From Eledone cirrhosa (taxonomy: Eukaryota): a stretch of DNA of 64,000 bases. Position 1 is the first letter of the stretch; every line of letters starts with the position of its first letter. Both the position numbers and the translations under genes were made by a program. Shown here one piece after another: positions 55,551-64,000 of this stretch. Below the pieces are notes generated by a model. It ran no database searches. It had not been told where the DNA came from and saw only the letters and a list, made by a program, of their open reading frames with translations. The DNA is taken from NCBI GenBank assembly GCA_964016885.1, contig OZ024742.1, positions 358,422,001 through 358,486,000 of the forward strand, written 5' to 3'.

Positions 55551-58506
55551 TACCAACATGTCCAAAACTGGCTTTGGTTCTATGTAATAAAACTGTTTTA
55601 TCCCTTTAGTTACCAACATGTCCAAAACTGGCTTTGGTTCTATGAAATAAAACTGTTTTATAATTTTCAGTTACCAACATGTCCCAAACTGGCTTTGGTT
55701 CTATGAAATAAAACTGCTGTATCCCTTTAGTTATCAACATGTCCAAAACTGGCTTTGGTTCTATGAAATAAAACTGTTTTATCCCTTTAGTTACCAACAT
55801 GTCCAAAACTTGTTCTGGTTCTATGCAATAAAACGGTTTTTTCCGTTTAGTTATCAACATGTTCAAAACTAGCTTTGGTTCTATGAAATAAATCTGTTTT
55901 ATCCCTTTAGTTATCAACATGTCCAAAACTGGATTTGGTTCTATGAAATAATACTGTGTTATCCCTTTAGTTACCAGCAGGTCCAAAACTGGCTCTGGTT
56001 CTATGTAATAAAACTGTTTTATTCCTTTCAGTTACCAACATGTCCAAAACTGGCTTTGGTTCTATGAAATAAAACTGTTTTATACCTTTAGCTATAAACA
56101 TGTCCAAAATTGGCTTTGGTTCTATGAAATAAAACTGTTTTATCCCTTTATCTATAAACATGTCCAAAACTGGCTTTGGTTCTATGAAATAAAACTATTT
56201 TATCCCTTTAGTTACCAACATGTCCCAAACTGGCTTTGGTTCTATGAAATAAAACTGTTTTATCTCTTAGATTACCAACATGTACAAAACTGGCTTTGGT
56301 TCTATGACATAAAACTGTTTTGTCCCTTTAGTTACCAACAGGTCCAAAACTGGCTTTGGTTCTATGAAATAAAACTATTTTATCCCTTTAGTTACCAACA
56401 TGTCCAAAACTGGCTTTGGTTCTATGAAATAAAACTGTTTTATCCCTTTATCTATAAACATGTCCAAAACTGGCTTTGGTTCTATGTAATAAAACTATTT
56501 TATCCCTTTAGTTATCAACCCGGTCAAAACTGGCTTTGGTTCTATGAAATAAAACTATTTTATCCCTTCATTTACCAATATGTCCAAAACTGGCTTTGGT
56601 TCTATGAAATAAAACTGTTTTATCCCTTTAGTTACCAACATGTCCAAAACTTGTTCTGGTTCTATGAAATAAAACGGTTTTATCCGTTTAGTTATCAACA
56701 TGTCCAAAACTGGCTTTGGTTCTATGAAATAATACTGTTTTATCCCTTTAGTTACCAACATGTCCAAAACTGGCTTTGGTTTCATGAAATAAAACTGTTT
56801 TATCCCTTTAGTTACCAACAGGTCCAAAACTGGCTCTGGTTCTATGTAATACAACTGTTTTATCCCTTTCAGTTACCAACATGTCCAAAACTGGCTTTGG
56901 TTCTATGAAATAAAACTGTTTTTCCCTTTAGTTATTAACATGTCCAAAACTGGCTTTGGTTCTATGAAATAAACCTGTTTTATCCCTTTAGCTATAAACA
57001 TGTCCAAAACTGGCTTTGGTTCTATGAAATAAATCTGTTTTATCCCTTTAGTTATCACCCCTCCTAAAACTGGCTTTTATTCTATGAAATAAAACTAATT
57101 TATCCCTTTAGTTACCACCATGTCCAAAACTGGCTTTGGTTTTATGAAATAAAAATGTTTTATATCTTTAATTACCAACATGTCCAAAACTGGCTTTGGT
57201 TCTATGAAATAAAACTGTTTTATCTCTTTAGTTACCAACATGTACAAAACTGGCTTTGGTTCTATGACATAAAACTGTTTTATCCATTTAGTTACCAACA
57301 GGTCAAAAACTGGCTTTGGTTCTATGAAATAAATCTATTTTATCCCTTTCAGTTACCAACATGTCCAAAACTGGCTTTGGTTCTATGAAATAAAACTGCT
57401 GTATCCCTTTAGTTACCAACATGTCCAAAACTTGTTCTGGTTCTATGAAATAAAACGGTTTTATCCGTTTAGTTATCAACATGTCCAAAACTGGCTTTGG
57501 TTCTATGAAATAATACTCTTTTATCCCTTTAGTTACCAACATGTCCAAAACTGGCTTTGGTTTCATGAAATAAAAACTGTTTTATCCCTTTAGTTACCAA
57601 CAGGTCCAAAACTGGCTCTGGTTCTATGTAATAAAACTGTTTTATCCCTTTCAGTTACCAACATGTCCAAAACTGGCTTTGGTTCTATGAAATAAAACTG
57701 TTTTTCCCTTTAGTTATTAACATGTCCAAAACTGGCTTTGGTTCTATGAAATAAACCTGTTTTATCCCTTTAGCTATAAACATGTCCAAAACTGGCTTTG
57801 GTTCTATGTAATAAAACTGTTTTATCCCTTTAGTTATCACCCCTCCCAAAACTGGCTTTTATTCTATGAAATAAAACTAATTTATCCCTTTAGTTACCAC
57901 CATGTCCAAAACTGGCTTTGGTTTTATGAAATAAAAATGTTTTATATCTTTAATTACCAACATGTCCAAAACTGGCTTTGGTTCTATGAAATAAAACTGT
58001 TTTATCTCTTTAGTTACCAACATGTACAAAACTGGCTTTGGTTCTATGACATAAAACTGTTTTATCCCTTTAGTTACCAACAGGTCAAAAACTGGCTTTG
58101 GTTCTATGAAATAAAACTATTTTATCCCTTTCAGTTACCAACATGTCCAAAACTGGCTTTGGTTCTATGAAATAAGAATATTTTATCCCATTAGTTACAA
58201 ACATGTCCAAAACTGGCTTTGGTTCTATGAAATAAAAATGTTTTAACCCTTTAGTTAAAAAAAGCTCTGGTTCTATGAAATACAACTGTTTTAGCCCTTT
58301 AATTATCAACCCAGACAAAACCAGCTCTGGTTCTATGAAATAAAACTGTTTCATCCCTTTAATTATCAACCCGGCCAAAACTGGTTCTGGTTCTATGAAA
58401 TAAAACAGTTTTATCCCTTTAGTTATCAACATGTCCAAAATTGGCTTTGGTTCTATGAAATAAAACTGTTTTATCCCTTTAGTTACCAACAGGTCAAAAA
58501 CTGGCT

Positions 58507-58554
58507 TTGGTTCTATGAAATAAAATTAATTTGGTTCTATGAAATAAAATTAAT
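58507..58554. repeat. Second copy of the 24-bp x2 scar (offset 3004)
   Basis: Identical to 55503-55550, with identical flanks. Confidence 0.92.
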
Positions 58555-61500
58555 TACCAACATGTCCAAAACTGGCTTTGGTTCTATGTAATAAAACTGT
58601 TTTATCCCTTTAGTTACCAACATGTCCAAAACTGGCTTTGGTTCTATGAAATAAAACTGTTTTATAATTTTCAGTTACCAACATGTCCCAAACTGGCTTT
58701 GGTTCTATGAAATAAAACTGCTGTATCCCTTTAGTTATCAACATGTCCAAAACTGGCTTTGGTTCTATGTAATAAAAATGTTTTATCCCTTTAGTTATCA
58801 ACATGTCCAAAACTGGTTCTGGTTCTATAAAATAGAATTGTTTTATCCCTTTAGTTACCAAACCGCTAAAAAAAGCTCTGGTTCTATGAAATAAAACTGT
58901 TTTAGCACTTTAGTTATCAACACGGCCAAAACCAGCTCTGGTTCTATGAAATAAAACTGTTTTATCCCTTTAATTATCAACCCGGTCAAAATTGGTTCTG
59001 GTTCTATGAAATAAAACTGTTTAATCCCTTTAGTTACCAACGTGTCCAAAACTGGCTTTGGTTCTATGAAATAAAACTGTTTTATCACTTTAGTTACCAA
59101 CATGTCCAAAACTGACTTTGGTTCTATGAAATAAAACTGTTTTATTCCTTTAGTTATCAACATGTCCAAAACTGGCTCTGGTTCTATGAAATAAAACTGT
59201 TGTATCCATTTTGTTACCAACATGTCAAAAACTGGCTTTGGTTCTATGAAATAAAAATGTTTTATCCCTTTAGTTATCAACATGTCCAAAACTGGTTCTG
59301 GTTCTATGAAATAAAATTGTTTTTTCCCTTTAGTTACCAAACCAGCTAAAAAGTGCTCTGGTTCTATGAAATAAAACTGTTTTAGCCCTTTAGTTATCAA
59401 CCAGGCCAAAACCAGCTCTGGTTCTATGAAATAAAACTGTTTTATCCCTTCAATTATCAACCCGGCCAAAATTGGTTATGGTTCTATGAAATAAAACTGT
59501 TTTATACCTTTAGGTACCAACATGTCCAAAACTGGCTTTGGTTATATATAATAAAACTGATGTATCCCTTTCAGTTACCAACATGTCCAAAACTGGCTTT
59601 GGTTCTATGAAATAAAACTGTTTTATCCCTTTAGTTATCAACATGTCCAAAACTGGCTTTGGTTCTATGTAATAAAACTGTTTTATCCCTTCAGTTATCA
59701 ACCAGGCCAAAACTGGCTTTGGTTCTATGAAATAAAACTATTTTATCCCTTTATTTACCAATATGTCCAAAACTGGCTTTGGTTCTATGAGATAAAACTA
59801 TTTGAGCCCTTTAGTTATCAACCCGGCCAAAACCAGCTCTGGTTCTATGAAATAAAACTGTTGTATACCTTTAATTATCAACCCGTCCAAAATTGATTTT
59901 GGTTCTATGAAATAAAACTGTTTTATCCGTTTAGTAACCAACATGTCCAAAACTGGCTTTGGTTCTATGAAATAAAACTGTTTTATACCTTTCAGTTACC
60001 AACAGTCCAAAACTGGCTTTCGTGATATGTAATAAAACTATTGTATCCCTTTAGTTATTAACACGGCCAAAACTGGCTTTTGTTCTATGAAATAAAACTG
60101 TTTTATCCCTTTCAGTTACCAACATGTCCAAAACTGGCTTTGGTTCTATGTAATAAAACTGTTTTATCTCTTTCAGTTACCAACATGTCCAAAACTGTCT
60201 TTGGTTCTATGAATTAAAACTGCTGTATCCCTTTAGTTACCAACATGTCCAAAACTGGCTTTGGTTCTATGAATTAAAATGTTTTATCCCTTTAGTTACT
60301 AAACCAGCTAGAAAAAGCTCTGGTTCTATGAAATAAAACTGTTTTAGCCCTTTAGTTGTCAACGGAGCCAAAACCAGCTCTGGTTCTATGAAATGAAACT
60401 GTTTTATCGATTTAATTATCAACCCGGCCAACATGTATTCTGGTTCTATGAAATAAAACTGTTTTATCCCTTTAGTTATCAACATAACCAAAATTGGCTT
60501 TGGTTCTATGAAATAAAAATATTTTAACCCTTTAGTTATCAACTTGTCCAAAACTGGTTCTGGTTCTATGAAATAGAATTGTTTTATTCCTTTAGTTACC
60601 AAAGCGCTAAAAAAAGCTCTGGTTCTATGAAGTAAAACCGTTTTAGCCCTTTAGTTATCAACCAGGCCAAAACCAGCTCTGGTTCTATGGAATAAAACTG
60701 TTTTATCCCTTCAATTATCAACCTGGCCAAAATTGGTTCTGGTTCTATGAAATAAAACTGTTTTATCCCTTTAGGTACCAACATCTCCAAAACTGGCTTT
60801 GGTTCTATGAAATAAAACTGTTTTATCCCTTTCAGTTACCAACATGTCCAAAACTGGCTTTGGTTATAAGTAATAAAACTGTTTTATCCCTTTCAGTTAC
60901 CAACATGTCCAAAACTGGCTTTGGTTCTATGAAATAAAACTGTTTTATCCCTGTAGTTATCAACATGTCCAAAATTGGCTTTGGTTCTATGAAATAAAAC
61001 TGTTTTATCCCTTTAGCTATAAACATGTCCAAAACTGGCTTTGGTTTTATGTAATAAAACTGTTGTATCCCTTTAGTTATCAACCAGGTCAAAACTGGCT
61101 TTGGTTCTATGAAATAAAACTATTTTATCCCTTTATTTACCAATATGTCCAAAACTGGCTTTGGTTCTATGAAATAAAACTATTTTAGCCCTTTAGTTAC
61201 CAACCCGGCCAAAACCAGCTCTGGTTCTATGAAATAAAACTGTTTTATCCCTTTAGTTACCAACATCTCCAAAACTGTCTTTGGTTCTATGAAATAAAAC
61301 TGTTTTATCCCTTTCAGTTACCAACATGTCCAAAACTGGCTTTGGTTATATGTAATAATTTTTTTTTTATCCCTTTCAGTTACCAACATTTCCAAAACTG
61401 GCTTTGGTTCTATGAAATATAACTGTTTTATCACTTTAGTTACCAACATGTCCAAAACTGACTTTGGTTCTATGAAATAAAACTGTTTTATCCCTTTATT

Positions 61501-64000
61501 TATCAACATGTCCAAAACTGGCTTTGGTTCTATGTAATAAAACTGTTTTATCCCTTTAGGTATCAACCCGGCCAAAACTGGCTTTGGTTCTATGAAATAA
61601 AACTGTTTTATCCCTTTAGTTACCAACATGTCCAAAACTTGTTCTGGTTCTATGAAATAAAACGGTTTTTTCCGTTTAGTTATCAACATGTTCAAAACTA
61701 GCTTTGGTTCTATGAAATAATACTGTGTTATCCCTTTAGTTACCAGCAGGTCCAAAACTGGCTCTGGTTCTATGTAATAAAACTGTTTTATTCCTTTCAG
61801 TTACCAACATGTCCAAAACTGGCTTTGGTTCTATGAAATAAAACTGTTTTATACCTTTAGCTATAAACATGTCCAAAATTGGCTTTGGTTCTATGAAATA
61901 AAACTGTTTTATCCCTTTATCTATAAACATGTCCAAAACTGGCTTTGGTTCAATGAAATAAAACTATTTTATCCCTTTAGTTACCAACATGTCCAAAACT
62001 GGCTTTGGTTTTATGAAATAAAACTGTTTTATCTCTTAGATTACCAACATGTACAAAACTGGCTTTGGTTCTATGAAGTACAACTGTTTTATCTCTTAGA
62101 TTACCAACATGTACAAAACTGGCTTTGGTTCTATGACATAAAACTGTTTTGTCCCTTTAGTTACCAACAGGTCCAAAACTGGCTTTGGTTCTATGAAATA
62201 AAACTATTTTATCCCTTTAGTTACCAACATGTCCAGAACTGGCTTTGGTTCTATGAAATAAAACTGTTTTATCCCTTTATCTATAAACATGTCCAAAACT
62301 GGCTTTGGTTCTATGTAATAAAACTATTTTATCCCTTTAGTTATCAACCCGGTCAAAACTGGCTTTGGTTCTATGAAATAAAACTATTTTATCCCTTTAT
62401 TTACCAATATGTCCAAAACTGGCTTTGGTTCTATGAAATAAAACTGTTTTATCCCTTTAGTTACCAACATGTCCAAAACTTGTTCTGGTTCTATGAAATA
62501 AAACGGTTTTATCCGTTTAGTTATCAACATGTCCAAAAGTGGCTTTGGTTCTATGAAATAATACTGTTTTATCCCTTTAGTTACCAACATGTCCAAAACT
62601 GGCTTTGGTTTCATGAAATAAAACTGTTTTATCCCTTTAGTTACCAACAGGTCCAAAACTGGCTCTGGTTCTATGTAATAAAACTGTTTTATCCCTTTCA
62701 GTTACCAACATGTCCAAAACTGGCTTTGGTTCTATGAAATAAAACTGTTTTTCCCTTTAGTTATTAACATGTCCAAAACTGGCTTTGGTTCTATGAAATA
62801 AACCTGTTTTATCCCTTTAGCTATAAACATGACCAAAACTGGCTTTGGTTCTATGTAATAAAACTGTTTTATCCCTTTAGTTATCACCCCTCCCAAAACT
62901 GGCTTTTATTCTATGAAATAAAACTAATTTATCCCTTTAGTTACCACCATGTCCAAAACTGGCTTTGGTTTTATGAAATAAAAATGTTTTATATCTTTAA
63001 TTACCAACATGTCCAAAACTGGCTTTGGTTCTATGAAATAAAACTGTTTTATCTCTTTAGTTACCAACATGTACAAAACTGGCTTTGGTTCTATGACATA
63101 AAACTATTTTATCCCTTTCAGTTACCAACATGTCCAAAACTGGCTTTGGTTCTATGAAATAAAACTGCTGTATCCCTTTAGTTACTAAACCAGCTAAAAA
63201 AAGCTCTGGTTCTATGAAATACAACTGTTTTAGCCCTTTAATTATCAACCCAGACAAAACCAGCTCTGGTTCTATGAAATAAAACTGTTTCATCCCTTTA
63301 ATTATCAACCCGGCCAAAACTGGTTCTGGTTCTATGAAATAAAACAGTTTTATCCCTTTAGTTATCAACATGTCCAAAATTGGCTTTGGTTCTATGAAAT
63401 AAAACTGTGTTATCCCTTTAGTTATCAACATGTCCAAAAATGGCTCTGGTTCTATGAAATTAAACTGTTTTATCCCCTTAGTTACTAACATGTCCAAAAC
63501 TGACTTCGGTTCTATGAAATAAAACTGTTTTATCCCTTTAGTTATCAATATGTCCAAAACTGGCTCTGGTTCTATGAAATAAAACTGTTTTATCCCTTTA
63601 GTTACCAACATGTCCAAAACTGGCTTTGGTTCTATGAAATAAAAATGGTTTATCCCTTTAGGTATCAACATGTCCAAAACTGGTTCTGGTTCTATGAAAT
63701 AAAATTGTTTTATCCCTTTAGTTACCAAACCAGCTAAAAAGAGCTCTGGTTCTATGAAATAAAACTGTTTTATCCCTTCAATTATCAACCCGGCCAAAAT
63801 TGGTTCTGGTTCTATGAAATAAAACTGTTTTATCCCTTCAATTACCAACCCGGCCAAAATTGGTTCTGGTTCTATGAAATAAAACTGTTTTATCCCTTTA
63901 GTTACCAACATCTCCAAAACTGTCTTTGGTTCTATGAAATAAAACTGTTTTATCCCTTTCAGTTACCAACATGTCCTAAACTGGCTTTGGTTCTATAAAA

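Larger units (their letters stand above)
46150..63100. repeat. Nested multi-kb duplications (offsets ~2946-3126, 3725, ~3004-3064 and ~12.3-12.6 kb)
   Basis: ORF-track homologs are 47948/50894/60267, 48277/51223/60596, 49116/52242/55967/61736, 52830/56555, 54813/57877 and 46477/58855. The marker TGAAACTGTTTTATCGATTTAATT occurs at ~48075, ~51021 and ~60394. Boundaries are approximate. Confidence 0.85.
630..64000. repeat. 60-bp tandem satellite array (~1,050 monomers, one orientation, continues past the window end)
   Basis: The period is directly visible because 60-nt lines stack in register. Consensus CCCTTTAGTTACCAACATGTCCAAAACTGGCTTTGGTTCTATGAAATAAAACTGTTTTAT. A recurrent 61-bp variant (CCCTTTCAG) and occasional 59-bp variants shift the register. 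No inverted monomers were seen. Confidence 0.99.

Noticed and set aside
1558-63917. The many ORFs of 60-306 aa as a giant repeat protein or gene family
   Set aside because: All are translations of the 60-bp monomer on both strands. Frames are broken constantly by 61-bp and 59-bp monomers and by in-frame stops (the TGT to TAT variant gives TAG on the minus strand). There is no unique N- or C-terminal domain, and a SINE insertion is tolerated.
630-64000. CRISPR array or cassette-type diversity system (constant part plus variable part every 60 bp)
   Set aside because: The variable portions are point variants of one consensus rather than unique spacers. No cas, recombinase or reverse transcriptase gene is present, and the context is eukaryotic (SINE, MITE).
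630-64000. p53 response elements (CAACATGTCC, and a perfect half-site AAACATGTCC in the GCTATAAACATGTCC variant)
   Set aside because: Only isolated half-sites 60 bp apart, mostly 9/10 matches. A canonical element needs two adjacent half-sites, so there is no support beyond chance.
630-64000. Telomeric or subtelomeric repeat origin (CCCTTTAG resembles CCCTAA-type repeats)
   Set aside because: There are no tandem TTAGGG/CCCTAA units, and the motif is better explained by a piggyBac-like terminus.

Overview
This is eukaryotic, non-coding, satellite-type DNA with no supportable protein-coding or structural RNA gene. About 630 bp of unique AT-rich flank contains a decayed ~196-bp TTAA-flanked piggyBac-type MITE. 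It is followed by the left edge of a >63-kb head-to-tail array of a 60-bp monomer (consensus CCCTTTAGTTACCAACATGTCCAAAACTGGCTTTGGTTCTATGAAATAAAACTGTTTTAT, 20/60 GC, roughly 1,050 copies) that runs off the right end. All listed ORFs are translations of this monomer. The array is interrupted once by a 183-bp tRNA-derived SINE with a perfect 18-bp target-site duplication. It splits into two sequence domains at a truncated-monomer junction near 19.0 kb and contains nested higher-order duplications from 0.3 to ~12.5 kb. The most interesting signal is that the array begins exactly after a TTAA and in the register CC(C)TTT(C)AG, i.e. the monomer starts like a piggyBac/MITE terminus and shares up to 12 bp (TTAACCCTTTAG) with the neighbouring MITE end. 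This suggests a satellite born from the terminal 60 bp of a transposon. From memory the SINE and MITE resemble octopus (cephalopod) repeats, but that is unverified.
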